Assembly: GCA_029210745.1 (NCBI GenBank)
Contig: JARGFI010000011.1
Span: 72 to 64,071 of the forward strand
DNA from: Desulfuromonadales bacterium
Lineage (GTDB): Bacteria > Desulfobacterota > Desulfuromonadia > Desulfuromonadales > JAHYIW01
Direction of reading: 5' to 3'
DNA length: 64,000 nucleotides
Shown here: one piece after another, positions 8,663 to 19,397 of the stretch
How positions within the stretch are numbered: the stretch's first letter is position 1
Layout: each line of letters begins with the position of its first letter
Position numbers and translations under genes: made by a program
The notes under the pieces: model-generated
Databases searched by the model: none
What the model was told of the DNA's origin: nothing
Seen by the model: only the letters and a program-made list of their open reading frames with translations

Positions 8663-10018
8663 ATGTCACAACAGCCCGATCCCCGGCGTATCGCCTATTA
8701 TGTCTTGCGCAAGGTTCAGGAAGCGGATGCCTACGCCGACCTGGCTTTGGACGCCGAATTAAATGCCGAGCCCCATCTTGACCCACGCGACCGGGCCCTG
8801 GCAACGGAACTGAGCTACGGGGTGTGCCGTTATCGCGGGCGACTCGATTTTGCTCTGGCGCATTTCTGCGCGCAGGCGCTGGCCAAGATTGAACCCGGCG
8901 TTCTCGATCTGCTGCGGCTGGGCGCGTATCAATTACTGATTCTCGACCGAATCCCGCCACGGGCAGCGGTCCATACCACCGTCGAGCTGGCGAAAAAGGT
9001 CGGCTTGTTGCGCGCCGCCGGATTTATTAACGGTGTTCTGCGCAATCTGGAACGGCGCAAGGCTGAGATTCCCTGGCCTGCGCCGGAGCAGCCACTCGAC
9101 TACCTGACCCACTATCTGTCCCTCCCCGGCTGGCTGGCAAAGCGCTGGCTGGACGAACTCGGCGCGGATCAGGCATTGCAGCTGGCCGCCGCACAACTCG
9201 AACCGGCACCATTGACCCTCCGGGTGAACACACTGGTAACCGATCGTGACTCATTTCTCGATCAGCTGCACGCCGCCGACCATCCGGCCACTGCCACCAG
9301 CTACGCTCCCGAGGGGGTGACGCTGAGCGGTCGCGCCGCCATTTCGGCGGCGGCACTGCCCTCCGGAACTTTTCAGGTTCAGGATGAGGCGAGCATGCTG
9401 ATTGCGCACCTGCTCGCCCCGCAAGCGGGGGAGCGGATCCTTGACGCCTGCGCTGCCCCTGGCGGAAAAACGACCCACATCGCTGCATTGGCCGACAATC
9501 AGGCGCAAATCACCGCCCTTGATCTGCACCCGCATCGGGTCAAAATGATCAAGGAGGGAGCGCGACGCCTCGGTTGCTCAGGCATTGATGCCCGCGTCTG
9601 GGATCTGACTCACCCACCGACCTTTCTGCCGCAGGCCGGTTTCGACCGGGTGCTGGTTGATGCCCCGTGCAGCGCCCTCGGCGTATTGCGCCGCAACCCC
9701 GAAGGACGCTGGCGACGGCAACCGGACGATATCCCGCGACTGGCGGAGTTGCAACGGATGATTCTCGCTCAGGTTGCGCCCCTGTTGCGCCCCGGAGGCA
9801 CGCTGGTTTATTCGGTGTGTACGCAGACGGCTGAGGAAACAGAAGAAACCGTTGCCCTGTTTCTGGCCATGTATCCGGAATTTTCCCGGGTCGATTTGCA
9901 TAGCACTGTTCCGGCAGGCTGGAGCGCTTTAATCGATGCATGTGGCGCGTTGCGAACCTGTCCACAACGGCACGGTGGAATGGATGGATTTTACGCGGTC
10001 CGCTTGCGCCGCAACTGA
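8663..10018 (+). CDS. rsmB: 16S rRNA (cytosine967-C5)-methyltransferase RsmB
   Basis: NusB-like N-terminal domain, FQVQDEASM, DACAAPGGKT, DAPCS..G, YSVCT. Confidence 0.9.
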   Translation: MSQQPDPRRIAYYVLRKVQEADAYADLALDAELNAEPHLDPRDRALATELSYGVCRYRGRLDFALAHFCAQALAKIEPGVLDLLRLGAYQLLILDRIPPRAAVHTTVELAKKVGLLRAAGFINGVLRNLERRKAEIPWPAPEQPLDYLTHYLSLPGWLAKRWLDELGADQALQLAAAQLEPAPLTLRVNTLVTDRDSFLDQLHAADHPATATSYAPEGVTLSGRAAISAAALPSGTFQVQDEASMLIAHLLAPQAGERILDACAAPGGKTTHIAALADNQAQITALDLHPHRVKMIKEGARRLGCSGIDARVWDLTHPPTFLPQAGFDRVLVDAPCSALGVLRRNPEGRWRRQPDDIPRLAELQRMILAQVAPLLRPGGTLVYSVCTQTAEETEETVALFLAMYPEFSRVDLHSTVPAGWSALIDACGALRTCPQRHGGMDGFYAVRLRRN

Positions 10019-10064
10019 GTCGCCGACACACTCGAATCAACCACTTACTCATGCGGAGGTTCTG

Positions 10065-10469
10065 ATGACAACCGAGGAACGTATCAGCAAATTTTTCAGC
10101 GCCGAAGCTTTTGCCGTCGCCGGCGCTTCAGCGAATCGCGGCAAATTCGGGAACAAGGTGCTGCGCTGTTACCAGCAGCATCAGCTGCCGGTAACGCCGA
10201 TCAACCCCACTGCCGACGCAATCGAGGGGCTGCGTTGCGTTGCGCATATCGACCAGCTCCCGGCCAATGTCAAGAGTCTGTCGATCATCACCCCGCCAGC
10301 CATCACCATACAACTCATCCCCCAGGCTGCCGCCCACGGGATTGAAAACATCTGGCTGCAACCGGGCGCGCAAAGTCCGGCAGCGATCGCCGCCGCCGAA
10401 AAACTCGGCTTGAACGTCATTGCCGACGGCAGTTGTCTGCTGGTGGTTCTCGGTTATCACGACCATTAA
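10065..10469 (+). CDS. CoA-binding domain protein (YccU/YneT-like)
   Basis: FAVAGASANRGKFGNKV...PINP...VWLQPG-type pattern; GGAGG RBS before ATG 10065. Confidence 0.75.
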   Translation: MTTEERISKFFSAEAFAVAGASANRGKFGNKVLRCYQQHQLPVTPINPTADAIEGLRCVAHIDQLPANVKSLSIITPPAITIQLIPQAAAHGIENIWLQPGAQSPAAIAAAEKLGLNVIADGSCLLVVLGYHDH

Positions 10470-10482
10470 CGAAAAGGCGCAC

Positions 10483-10797
10483 CTACCCTGCCGAGATGCT
10501 GACAAAAACCAGCCCGGAGTCGCCGTGATTCTCAATGCCGTGCGGCTCCCCGGCCGGCGCGTGCAGGATCGTGCCAGAGGTGACATTTCGTGATTCGGTC
10601 TCACTCAGAAACGACCCGTCCCCTTCGAGCACCACCCAGACATGATCCCCTGCGTGAACGTGAGAGTGAATCTGCTGCCCCGGCAGCAGACACCAGAGGG
10701 TTGTCCGGGCATGAACCCCCTCGTGAAGCACCACCTTGTTGGCCTTCTCTTTCGAATAGACCACTTTATCTTCATAATCCCAGAAACTCGTTTGCAT
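10483..10797 (-). CDS. Cupin domain protein
   Basis: HSHVHAGDHVWVVLEG...HAPAGEPHGIEN is a two-motif cupin signature; GGAGG RBS before ATG 10797. Confidence 0.8.
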   Translation of the reverse strand: MQTSFWDYEDKVVYSKEKANKVVLHEGVHARTTLWCLLPGQQIHSHVHAGDHVWVVLEGDGSFLSETESRNVTSGTILHAPAGEPHGIENHGDSGLVFVSISAG

Positions 10798-10865
10798 AGA
10801 ATGCCTCCGAATGAAAAAACGCCCCGGCAATACCGAGGCGCTGAGTCATAAACAGTTGCGGCAGA

Positions 10866-13406
10866 TCAGCCTTTAGTGACCTGAACCGTAACCAGATTGG
10901 TGTCGGCAGGGATAACCTGCTGGATATTCACATCGGCAAAATGATAAGGGGAGAAAATCAATCCCGCCGGAACCTTGCTGCTGACCCGCGCCGGACCGGC
11001 TGTCTCACCCACGGTGGTAACAACTTTGACCGTATCACCAGCCTTGACCCCGATACGGTCTGCATCGACCGCGTTCATTTCGATATAACCACTCGGCGCG
11101 ACCTCGTTGGGACCAGGTGCGCAGGTAGAGGTGGTGCCGAAGTGGAAAAGAATCTTGCCACTTAACAACTGAAAATCGTCAGTCGGCACAGTTTGCGAGG
11201 CAACAGGGGTGTACCGCAAGCTCTTGTCCGCCGGGCTGAAAGAGGCTTTCCAGCAAGCCGCATCGGTAACGAAACAGGTATCATTATAAATCCCTGACAA
11301 CTGCTTGATTTCGAGCTGCACGGTAGACATTTCCGGTCGCACGCCACCACTCAGCCGGGCATACAGTTCAGCCAGAATCGCACCATCCTCGCGGGCCTCG
11401 CCAACCGGATCGAGCGCTTTGCGCAGTACATTGATGCGTTGATCAGCCGCCGTGACGGTGCCACTCTTCTCAAACGGCGTCGCCCCCGGCAGGACAACAT
11501 CAGCCATGAGCGTCAGTTCGGTTGCGAGAATGTCCTGGACGACGAGAAATTCGATTTTCTCCAAAGCCTTGCGCCAGCGGGCACTTTCGGGGAAAGAAAC
11601 CAGCGGGTTGGTTGCCGCCAGATAGAGCGTCCTGATCTCCCCACTCTCAATCCCGGCAAGAATTTCCCCGGCGTTGCACCCGCCTGCGGGGAGGGTCACG
11701 TTCCAGGCTTTGGCGAACGGCGCACCGGCAGCGTAGTCGTGTCCGCCCGGCAGCAGCTCGGGACAGACGCCCATGTCGAGCAGCCCCTGCATGTTCCCTT
11801 TTTCGTCGAGCGGAAAGAGTCCGCCGCAATCACCGTGCAGTGCACCTGACACCAGCGCCAGATTGGCCAGTGCTGCTATTGTAGCTTCTGCCTCGCTCCC
11901 CTTGCTCACATCGGCGCCAAAAATCAGGGCCACGGAATCTGCACCCCCCAAATACCCGGCCGCTTCTTCGATCAACTCGCGAGCAATCCCGGTTACGGCG
12001 GCGGCCTGGTCAAGATCAACCTGGGCCAGATCGGCCTGCAACTCATCAAGATTAACAACAAAACGATTCAGATAATCCTGGTCCGCCAGCCCGCGATCAA
12101 GGATAACCTTGGTCAGCGCCATCGCCAGGGTTGCGCCACTGCCGGGTCGATAGGGCAGCGTTGCATTGGCCTGGCGATCCAGCTTGACTGCGCGCATGTT
12201 GGCGACGACCAGTTTGGCATCACCTTTGCGAGTTGCCTGCTGAATCTGCCAGTCAACCGCCGGAGCCTCGGCAGTGACATCGCACCCGAAAACCAGGATC
12301 GCCTGAGCGACACCGATCCGGTCGAGACGGTTACTGGCCCCTTGAAGATTGAGCGCCGCGCGCAACGTCCGGTAAGTGCGCAGGGCACCAAAGCGCGCCT
12401 CGGAATCGATATTGTTACTGCCGAGGGTAACGCGGAAGAGTTTCTGAAAGAGATAATTTTCTTCGTTGGTCAGCCGCGGCGAGGCGAGGCCGGCAACCGC
12501 TGCGGGAGCAACCTGCTTGAGTCCGGTGACCGTCGCGGCAAACGCGGCGTCCCACGAAACCGGCTGTTGCCGCCCCTGCACTTTGAGGAGCGGTGCGGTC
12601 AACCGTTGCGGAGAATTGGAATAACCGTAACTGAAGAATCCGCCAAGACAAAGGTTGCCGTTGTTGACGGTGGTGTCGTCAGAGGTGATGCGCAGAATTT
12701 GCCCCTTGCTGGAATTGATATCGATCTGGCATTGGGCGCTGCATGCGGTGCAGACCGAGGGCGTTTTTTTCAGCTCCCACGGCCGCGCCTTGAATTTGAA
12801 CGTTTTGGAAATCATCGTGCCGGTCGGGCACACAGCGACGCAATTGCCGCAAAATTCGCACTTGTCGAGGTCCTTGTCGATAAAAGCCTTGTCGCCTTTG
12901 TCGTTGATGAACAGTGCCCCCGAGCCAACCGTTTCGTAGCAGACCTTGACGCACTTTTCACAGAGCACACAACGGTTCGGCACCTGCTGAATCAACGGCC
13001 AGTGATCGATCGTTGCGGCGCTGACATCCTCGGCAGCAAACGGCTGGGAGACGACGTTATGGTCGTAGCAGACATTCTGCAACTCACATTCGCCCCCCGC
13101 ATCGCACACCGGGCAATCGAGCGGGTGATTCACCAGCAATAACTCGATCGTCTGGCGGCGGATTTTTGCCAGCTGCTCCGACTGGGTGGTAACGACAATG
13201 CCGTCAGCCACCGGCGTGTTGCAGGCGGTCATCGGTTTTTCAACCCCGTCGATTTCGACCACGCAAAGGCGACACGCGCCGGTCGGCGAAACCTTTTTCA
13301 AAAAGCACAGAGTCGGAATCCGCACTCCCGCTTTTTCAGCAGCTTCCAGAATAGTCGCTCCAGCGGCAACCTCAACAGCTTTTCCGTCGATGGTCAGCTT
13401 GATCAT
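10866..13406 (-). CDS. sfrA: SfrA-like NADPH oxidoreductase alpha subunit (NuoG/formate-dehydrogenase-like, 2Fe-2S plus 4Fe-4S plus molybdopterin-oxidoreductase fold)
   Basis: N-terminus MIKLTIDGKAVEV...CRLCVVEI...NHPLDCPVCDAGGECELQ, ferredoxin CxxCxxCxxxCP motifs, and a long MopB-like body. It is paired with a GltD-like beta subunit, as in Geobacter SfrAB. Confidence 0.7.
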   Translation of the reverse strand: MIKLTIDGKAVEVAAGATILEAAEKAGVRIPTLCFLKKVSPTGACRLCVVEIDGVEKPMTACNTPVADGIVVTTQSEQLAKIRRQTIELLLVNHPLDCPVCDAGGECELQNVCYDHNVVSQPFAAEDVSAATIDHWPLIQQVPNRCVLCEKCVKVCYETVGSGALFINDKGDKAFIDKDLDKCEFCGNCVAVCPTGTMISKTFKFKARPWELKKTPSVCTACSAQCQIDINSSKGQILRITSDDTTVNNGNLCLGGFFSYGYSNSPQRLTAPLLKVQGRQQPVSWDAAFAATVTGLKQVAPAAVAGLASPRLTNEENYLFQKLFRVTLGSNNIDSEARFGALRTYRTLRAALNLQGASNRLDRIGVAQAILVFGCDVTAEAPAVDWQIQQATRKGDAKLVVANMRAVKLDRQANATLPYRPGSGATLAMALTKVILDRGLADQDYLNRFVVNLDELQADLAQVDLDQAAAVTGIARELIEEAAGYLGGADSVALIFGADVSKGSEAEATIAALANLALVSGALHGDCGGLFPLDEKGNMQGLLDMGVCPELLPGGHDYAAGAPFAKAWNVTLPAGGCNAGEILAGIESGEIRTLYLAATNPLVSFPESARWRKALEKIEFLVVQDILATELTLMADVVLPGATPFEKSGTVTAADQRINVLRKALDPVGEAREDGAILAELYARLSGGVRPEMSTVQLEIKQLSGIYNDTCFVTDAACWKASFSPADKSLRYTPVASQTVPTDDFQLLSGKILFHFGTTSTCAPGPNEVAPSGYIEMNAVDADRIGVKAGDTVKVVTTVGETAGPARVSSKVPAGLIFSPYHFADVNIQQVIPADTNLVTVQVTKG

Positions 13407-13516
13407 CGGTGTCTCACCTCAAACGTTGAATAACGGTCGATAACGCTTTCCAGCCGTATCGACCGCCATTGTATTATGAAACTTCCCGTCGTCTCGATCT
13501 GATCGCGGTCGACCTC

Positions 13517-15475
13517 TCAGTCGTTGACCGCCACCATTCCCACCCGGTAGCAGCGCAGGCATCGCTCAGCTTCACGCACCGCCTGACTTTCCGGCATGGA
13601 CAATTCAATCTCGCCGTAATTCTGTGCCCGCTCGGCACCCGCAACCTTGGGCTGATGCTCACGATGCAAACCGCCGAGAATGCCAATCTGCTCATTCTTG
13701 TCGAACACACCAAGATTATTGATCACGTCTTCCATGGCGTCTTCTTCATCGAGATACGCTTTTCCCTCGGTGAGGTAGCGATGCATCGCCCGCGCCGCAC
13801 GGCGACCGTGACCGACCGCGAGAACTACGGTCATGGCTCCGTACTCGCAATCCCCCCCGGCAAAGACACCTTCATTGTCGGTCATCATCGTCCCGCCCTT
13901 GGTCACAATGCTGTTCCAGCGGGTCTGGTTGATGCCGTAATCCCCATCTTCCAGATAGGAGAGGTCAGGATCCTGACCGATCGCCGGAATGACCATGTCA
14001 CAAGGAATTACGTATTCGCTGCCAGGGACTTCCTGCGGACGCCGTCGTCCCGAATCATCCGGCTCGCCGAGCTCCATCTTGATCACCTCGACCCCGACCA
14101 CCTTGTTGTTCTCGACGACCAGCTTAGTCGGATTACGCAGGAACTCGAACTGAACATTCTCTTCTTCGGCATCATCAACTTCGTACGACTCGGCCGGCAT
14201 TTCCTTCCGCGTCCGGCGGTAGACCAGAATCGACTCCTTTGCTCCTTCGCGCAGGGCGACGCGCACGCAGTCAATGGCGGTATTGCCGCCACCGACGACG
14301 ATAACCCGCTTCGGCGTGACCATCCCCTCATCCAGCGCAACCGCACGCAGATAATGGATACCGCCTTCGGAAAAACCTTCATACCCCTGGTCTTCGCCCT
14401 CGACCCCCATCGGCTTCGATTTGAACGCGCCGGTACCGAGGAAAACGGCATCGTACTGCTCCTTGAGCTCCCGCAGAGACACATCCCGTCCGAGTTTGAC
14501 CCCATACTCAATCTCAACGCCCAGAGCGCTGATAATGTCAGCCTCGCGCTGCAACAGCGGGCGTGGCATCCGGTAGTCGGGGATTCCAACCGCGACGGTG
14601 CCGCCAGGCTCGTTGAGCATATCGATAATTTTGACTTTATGCCCTTCAAGGGCAAGATAGTAGGCACAGGTCAAGCCGGCAGGCCCGGCGCCAACCACCA
14701 TCACCTTTTTCCCGGTCGGATTTTTCGGTGCCATCGGCGGTTGATGATGATGCATCCACTCGTGATCAGAAGCGACCCGTTTGAGCACCATGATGCTGAC
14801 CGGTTCATCGACCAGCGCGCGCCGACAGGCCGTCTCGCACGGATGCGGACAGACCCGACCACACACCGCCGGAATCGGCATGTTGCGCCGGATACTGCCG
14901 AGCGCTTCAACGTGACGGTATTCCTTGATTTCTTCGATGTAGGAAGGGATATCGATATGTGCGGGACATTTGTCAATGCACGGCGCAGTCAATTTGCCGC
15001 GATACGCCTTGGCCGGGGTGGAGCTGCGTTCGCCACGGAGGTAGGCACGATAGTCGTCGCGGAAATATTTCAGCGAATCGAGTACCGGCACCGCCGATGT
15101 CATGCAGAGCGTGCACTTGCAATGTTCCAGCAATGTTGCCGCTGCTTCAAGCGCATCGAGATCCTGTTCCTTCCCCTGCCCGGAGATGATCCGCTTCAGC
15201 GTGTCCTGCAAAACCCGCGTCCCTTTTCTTCCGGGCGAGCACTTGGCGCAGCAGTAATCCTCCTGCACCCGCTGCATATACGCGGCAACCAGGGTCACGA
15301 CATCGGTGGTTTTATCCATGACCACCAGACCGTCCCAACCAATAAACGCGCCGACCTTGCCCTCGGTGAGATAGCTCTCGGGCAAACGGACCTTCAAGGA
15401 CGCCAGGTCAGCGTCGCCACCGGCGCGGTTATCAACAATATTTCTTCCCCAGCTGGAAAAAACGACCTCAGCCAA
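13517..15475 (-). CDS. sfrB: SfrB-like NADPH oxidoreductase beta subunit (NuoF-C-terminal-like plus glutamate synthase small-subunit-like, FAD/NADPH)
   Basis: CGRVCPHPCE, VMVVGAGPAGL, VIVVGGGNTAIDC. I place the start at TTG 15475, preceded by GAGGAGG, giving MAEVVFSSW... Confidence 0.7.
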   Translation of the reverse strand: MAEVVFSSWGRNIVDNRAGGDADLASLKVRLPESYLTEGKVGAFIGWDGLVVMDKTTDVVTLVAAYMQRVQEDYCCAKCSPGRKGTRVLQDTLKRIISGQGKEQDLDALEAAATLLEHCKCTLCMTSAVPVLDSLKYFRDDYRAYLRGERSSTPAKAYRGKLTAPCIDKCPAHIDIPSYIEEIKEYRHVEALGSIRRNMPIPAVCGRVCPHPCETACRRALVDEPVSIMVLKRVASDHEWMHHHQPPMAPKNPTGKKVMVVGAGPAGLTCAYYLALEGHKVKIIDMLNEPGGTVAVGIPDYRMPRPLLQREADIISALGVEIEYGVKLGRDVSLRELKEQYDAVFLGTGAFKSKPMGVEGEDQGYEGFSEGGIHYLRAVALDEGMVTPKRVIVVGGGNTAIDCVRVALREGAKESILVYRRTRKEMPAESYEVDDAEEENVQFEFLRNPTKLVVENNKVVGVEVIKMELGEPDDSGRRRPQEVPGSEYVIPCDMVIPAIGQDPDLSYLEDGDYGINQTRWNSIVTKGGTMMTDNEGVFAGGDCEYGAMTVVLAVGHGRRAARAMHRYLTEGKAYLDEEDAMEDVINNLGVFDKNEQIGILGGLHREHQPKVAGAERAQNYGEIELSMPESQAVREAERCLRCYRVGMVAVND

Positions 15476-15688
15476 GTCGACCTCCTCTTGTTGCCGTCTG
15501 CGAACCAAGCGTAAAAAAAAGACGGAATCTTCCGCGAAGAATAACGCTGTTGGTTTGTTCTTCAGCGCTTACGCAACCCCGTCAGGCTGTATACAGTATG
15601 CAGCTTAATAGCACAACCGCCGCGCGTAAATCAAGGGAAAACTTGAGCATTTCTAACCGTTCCGACGCAGCGGATACAACGTGGGAAA

Positions 15689-16105
15689 TTACGGCAAAGG
15701 ACGGAAATCACTGTCGATCAGCCAGATTCCGGGGCGCGTCCAACCATAATCGAGATAGATCCACTCCAGATCGATCCGGGCGGTGCGAATCTCGGTAGAG
15801 GGCAGCCGGTAATATTCCATCACCAGAGTCATTGGCCGCCGACCCTCGCGCCCCGCTGGCCCCTCTTTTTCAAAATGGACCTCGACCATTTTCAGGTCCT
15901 GCCCCGGCGCGACCACGGCGGTTTGAAACGTCTCCTGCCGTCGTGCGGCAACATGCCGTTGCGCCCCCTGATAATCAGCCCAGCGCAGCCGCTGACAAAA
16001 ATCGTCAGCGCTCGATTGCAAATCGGTCTGGCTTGAATCGAGCAATGCGCAGCCGCACAGAAAGAGCAGCCCCACCATCCCCAAAAAGCGTAAACACCAA
16101 CGCAT
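15689..16105 (-). CDS. Lipoprotein of unknown function
   Basis: MRWCLRFLGMVGLLFLCGCALL has a lipobox; GGAGG RBS before ATG 16105. Confidence 0.55.
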   Translation of the reverse strand: MRWCLRFLGMVGLLFLCGCALLDSSQTDLQSSADDFCQRLRWADYQGAQRHVAARRQETFQTAVVAPGQDLKMVEVHFEKEGPAGREGRRPMTLVMEYYRLPSTEIRTARIDLEWIYLDYGWTRPGIWLIDSDFRPLP

Positions 16106-16152
16106 CGTTGACCTCCATCCTGCAATTTTCTGCGCCACACCGCGCAACAGCT

Positions 16153-18018
16153 TCAGCCGACCTGTTGCTGGGCACGAATCATTGTCAACAATTCCAGTGC
16201 CAGCTCAACCCGCCCGAAAGGCGGCATCAGATAGAAGCCGCCGACGCGCCCGCGCGCAGCAACGATCAACTCCCGCGCGATACTCATCCCCATGGCGACT
16301 CCGACCGCACCGGATGTGCCACGCATCCGCCCGCGAATCTCGTCAGGCAGGGTGATTCCCGGCACTTCATTATGCAGAAACTCGGCGTTGCGCTCGCTGA
16401 CCAGCGGCAAGATACCAACCAGCACCGGGATAGCAAACGGTTCGGTGGCAGCAAGTAACCGGTCGAGAACGGCCATTGAATAGACCGGCTGGGTCTGGAT
16501 GTAACGCGCTCCGGCCGCAACTTTTTTCTTCAGCTTGTGCAGTTGTCCGGCAAGATTTTCCGGATTGGGATTAAACGCCGCGCCAGACTGGAAACTGGTT
16601 CGCCCCCCAAGGGTGTTTCCCATCAGGTCACAGCCATTATTGAGCGCAGCGAGTAATTCGAGCAAGCCGACCGAATTGAGGTCAAAAACGCCAGTCGCAC
16701 CTGCTTCGCCACCGACGGCAACCGGATCACCGGTGACCGCCAGAATATTGCGCAGACCGAGCAGATGTGCCCCCATCAGGTCGGCGTGCAGGCCAATCAG
16801 GTTGCGGTCGCGACCGGTGATATGGACGATCGTTTCCACCCTGCAGCGCTCCTCAATTTCCCGCGCCAGAGCAATATTGCCAAGGCGAATTCGCGCCAGC
16901 GGATTTTCCGCAATACTGATCGCATCAACCCCTGCATCAGCGAGCAGTTGTGCGCCGACAAGAACCTTGTGACAATCGAGACCGCGCGGCGGGTCGAGCT
17001 CCACTGTCACCACGGGGCGCTCTCCCCACGCCGCAAGAAAGTTGCGTTGGGGCACAACCGGTGCAGCGGCAACCGGTACCGCACTCCGCTCAACCGGCGG
17101 GCGCGCAACCTGCGTCCGCACCGGTGTCAGCGCGGCAACCGCAGCGGCCAGGGCGGCAATATGCGCGGGGGTTGTGCCGCAACACCCTCCGATCAGGGCA
17201 ACGCCGTTGGCGACCAGATCACGACCGCGGGCCGCGAAATATTCGGGCGTCGCCAGATAAATATTGCGACCGTCAACATATTGCGGAAAACCGGAGTTTG
17301 GAAAAGCCGACAAAGGCAAGGTGCACGCCGCCGCAAGATCCTCCACCACGCGGATGATCCCCTGTGGGCCGGATCCGCAATTAGCTCCGAGCGCCGCCGC
17401 TCCGGCAGCGCTCAAAGAGCGTGCGGCGGCAGTCGCTGTCACCCCGTCGCGCGTGCGTCCCGCTTCAAGAAACGCCAGTTGCGCCACAGCCGGCAAGCCA
17501 AGCTCATGGGCAATCGCCAGCGCGGTTTCGAGATCTTCAAGATTGGCAAATGTTTCGAGCAGAAAAAGATCGATGCCGCCGTCAGCCAAAGCCGTCATCT
17601 GCTCGCGCAGCACCTCCTGCGTGCGGTCGCCAACTGTTTCGCCATCATCCTCGTGCAGACGCGGCAGCGGGCCGACGGAACCGGCTACTAAACGGTGCTC
17701 TCCCGCCGCCTGACGCGCCAGGGCGGCACCGACCCGATTGATTTCAACGGTCTGCTCCGCCAGGCCACTGGCCAGCAGACGCAGCCGGTTGGCACCAAAG
17801 GTATTGGTCTCAATAAGCTGCGCCCCGGCAGCCAGGTAATCTTCGTGGGCGCGCCGCACCAGTTGCGGATCGCGCAGATTGAGTTGTTCAAAATTAACGT
17901 CAAGCGACACGCCACGACTGTACAGCAACGTCCCCATCGCGCCGTCGCCGACGATCACCCGGGTATTGAGCCGTTCGAGGAATTCACTACTACGAGGAGA
18001 AAAATTTAATAAACTCAT
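16153..18018 (-). CDS. Bifunctional homocysteine S-methyltransferase-domain / methylenetetrahydrofolate reductase fusion
   Basis: The N-terminal half (VGDGAMGT...ETNTFGAN...GGCCGTTP) is a Hcy-binding domain. The C-terminal half looks MetF-like. Start taken at MSLLNF (18018). Confidence 0.8.
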   Translation of the reverse strand: MSLLNFSPRSSEFLERLNTRVIVGDGAMGTLLYSRGVSLDVNFEQLNLRDPQLVRRAHEDYLAAGAQLIETNTFGANRLRLLASGLAEQTVEINRVGAALARQAAGEHRLVAGSVGPLPRLHEDDGETVGDRTQEVLREQMTALADGGIDLFLLETFANLEDLETALAIAHELGLPAVAQLAFLEAGRTRDGVTATAAARSLSAAGAAALGANCGSGPQGIIRVVEDLAAACTLPLSAFPNSGFPQYVDGRNIYLATPEYFAARGRDLVANGVALIGGCCGTTPAHIAALAAAVAALTPVRTQVARPPVERSAVPVAAAPVVPQRNFLAAWGERPVVTVELDPPRGLDCHKVLVGAQLLADAGVDAISIAENPLARIRLGNIALAREIEERCRVETIVHITGRDRNLIGLHADLMGAHLLGLRNILAVTGDPVAVGGEAGATGVFDLNSVGLLELLAALNNGCDLMGNTLGGRTSFQSGAAFNPNPENLAGQLHKLKKKVAAGARYIQTQPVYSMAVLDRLLAATEPFAIPVLVGILPLVSERNAEFLHNEVPGITLPDEIRGRMRGTSGAVGVAMGMSIARELIVAARGRVGGFYLMPPFGRVELALELLTMIRAQQQVG

Positions 18019-18065
18019 GTGACAAATGCTTTCAAATCGGATATTCTCGCAGAATGCCATCCGTT

Positions 18066-19397
18066 ATGCCATATTTCACAATAAAAATAAAGCGCTTCCC
18101 CCGGCTGCCGATGGCCGTTGCCGTGCTGGTGTGCGCCCTGTTGCTGCTCTTTGTCCCGGTCGTTCAGGCGACCAGCATCGATCACGCCTGGCTGAGTGTC
18201 AGCATCGACACGCTGATCCATGACGAGCTGCGCTGGCGACCGGAAAGCGTTGTTTCACTCAACCGTTTTTTCCATCAGCGCGCGGCGGATTTCGGCGACA
18301 CGCTTGCCGAACGGCTGCGGCGTATGCGCCCGAACCTCACCTTCCGCCTGTTACCGACGGCCCCGGATGCGGCGCTGTGGCAATTGCGTGACAACGGTAA
18401 AAAAAACAGCCTGCTGATTGCTGTCGACATCAAATTCGCCTACGTCCCGGTCGCGGCGGATGACAGCCCCCGGTTGACTGCGCGGAGCAGTTTCTGGACC
18501 GCACGGTCTGCAATGCCCCTCTTTTCCTTGCGTTCCGAAGCAACCTTGAGTGCTGTTCTTTTTGATGACAATGGTCAGCGACAATCATTATTCGCAGAGC
18601 TTAACATACCTCTTGAAGAACACGTCGATAATGATTTTTTTGCATCGGGGGAAAACGCTGAAAAATGGGATATCCTGACCGGTCTGGCCGACAAACTTTT
18701 ACCGCGCCTCATTAACCGCAGTATCATCGAATTGGGGCGCATTCCTGTCGAACTCAGCTCGGCCCGGGAACCGACGGTGGCCGCATTCCCTTTTCTGGCG
18801 CGGGTCAATTCCGATCAGGGGCAAGGCAGTGCTTTCGTTATTTCTCGCCGCGGCTTTGCGGTGACCAGCCTGCACGTGGTACAAGATGCCGAATGGTTGA
18901 CGCTAAAGTGGTGTAACGGTAACCCGTTGGCAGCCTTTGTCGTGGAACGACTCCCGCAATACGATCTGGCGGTCCTGTCTTTCCCGCGGCGGCATGAGGA
19001 ACCCGCCGAATTCGGCGATGACAGCGGTCTTACGTCGGCCAGCATCCTTAACGCCATCGGTTTTCCCGGCGCAACCCCGGAGGTGACCACCGCCCGCTAT
19101 CTGGGGCAGGAAAAGCATCAGCAAACCGAAATTATCCGCATCAGCGCCCCCCTCGAACCGGGTTATTCCGGCGGACCATTGCTCGATATTCAGGGACGTG
19201 TAGTCGGCATGACGATCAGCCGCGACAGCAGTCAACCGAACACCGGGTATGTCATTCCGGCAACGACGCTGCGCAAGGTGATCGCCCCCTGGCGCGATTT
19301 CCCCCGCGCCCCCTGGGCACGCACCCAGGACGGTGGATTGAATGGAAAAATTCCCCCGGAAGAGAAACTCCAGGAGTCATCCGGGGGAAGGATTTAA
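18066..19397 (+). CDS. Exported trypsin-like serine protease with unknown N-terminal domain (start uncertain: 18054, 18066 or 18111)
   Basis: Signal-like [30 protein letters not shown]-terminus has [37 protein letters not shown] (His/Asp/Ser triad context). Confidence 0.7.
   Translation: MPYFTIKIKRFPRLPMAVAVLVCALLLLFVPVVQATSIDHAWLSVSIDTLIHDELRWRPESVVSLNRFFHQRAADFGDTLAERLRRMRPNLTFRLLPTAPDAALWQLRDNGKKNSLLIAVDIKFAYVPVAADDSPRLTARSSFWTARSAMPLFSLRSEATLSAVLFDDNGQRQSLFAELNIPLEEHVDNDFFASGENAEKWDILTGLADKLLPRLINRSIIELGRIPVELSSAREPTVAAFPFLARVNSDQGQGSAFVISRRGFAVTSLHVVQDAEWLTLKWCNGNPLAAFVVERLPQYDLAVLSFPRRHEEPAEFGDDSGLTSASILNAIGFPGATPEVTTARYLGQEKHQQTEIIRISAPLEPGYSGGPLLDIQGRVVGMTISRDSSQPNTGYVIPATTLRKVIAPWRDFPRAPWARTQDGGLNGKIPPEEKLQESSGGRI

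Noticed and set aside
13469-15514. 681-aa plus-strand ORF. Similar long ORFs occur at 39667-41046 (-), 44498-45706 (-), 53837-55345 (+), 12342-13142 (+), 16765-17691 (+) and 34314-35264 (-).
   Set aside because: Each lies antisense to, or out of frame with, a gene that has clear family motifs (sfrB, glnS, MCP, ntrC-like, sfrA, metF-fusion, DUF362). Their translations are Arg/Gly/Pro/His-rich low-complexity sequence, typical of shadow ORFs in high-GC DNA.
15587-15596. Perfect 10-bp palindrome CTGTATACAG in the sfrB upstream region, reminiscent of an E. coli-type LexA box.
   Set aside because: It is too short, with no CTGT-N8-ACAG spacing. The uvrB and uvrC upstream regions in this window do not carry it, and I cannot assign a regulator from sequence alone.
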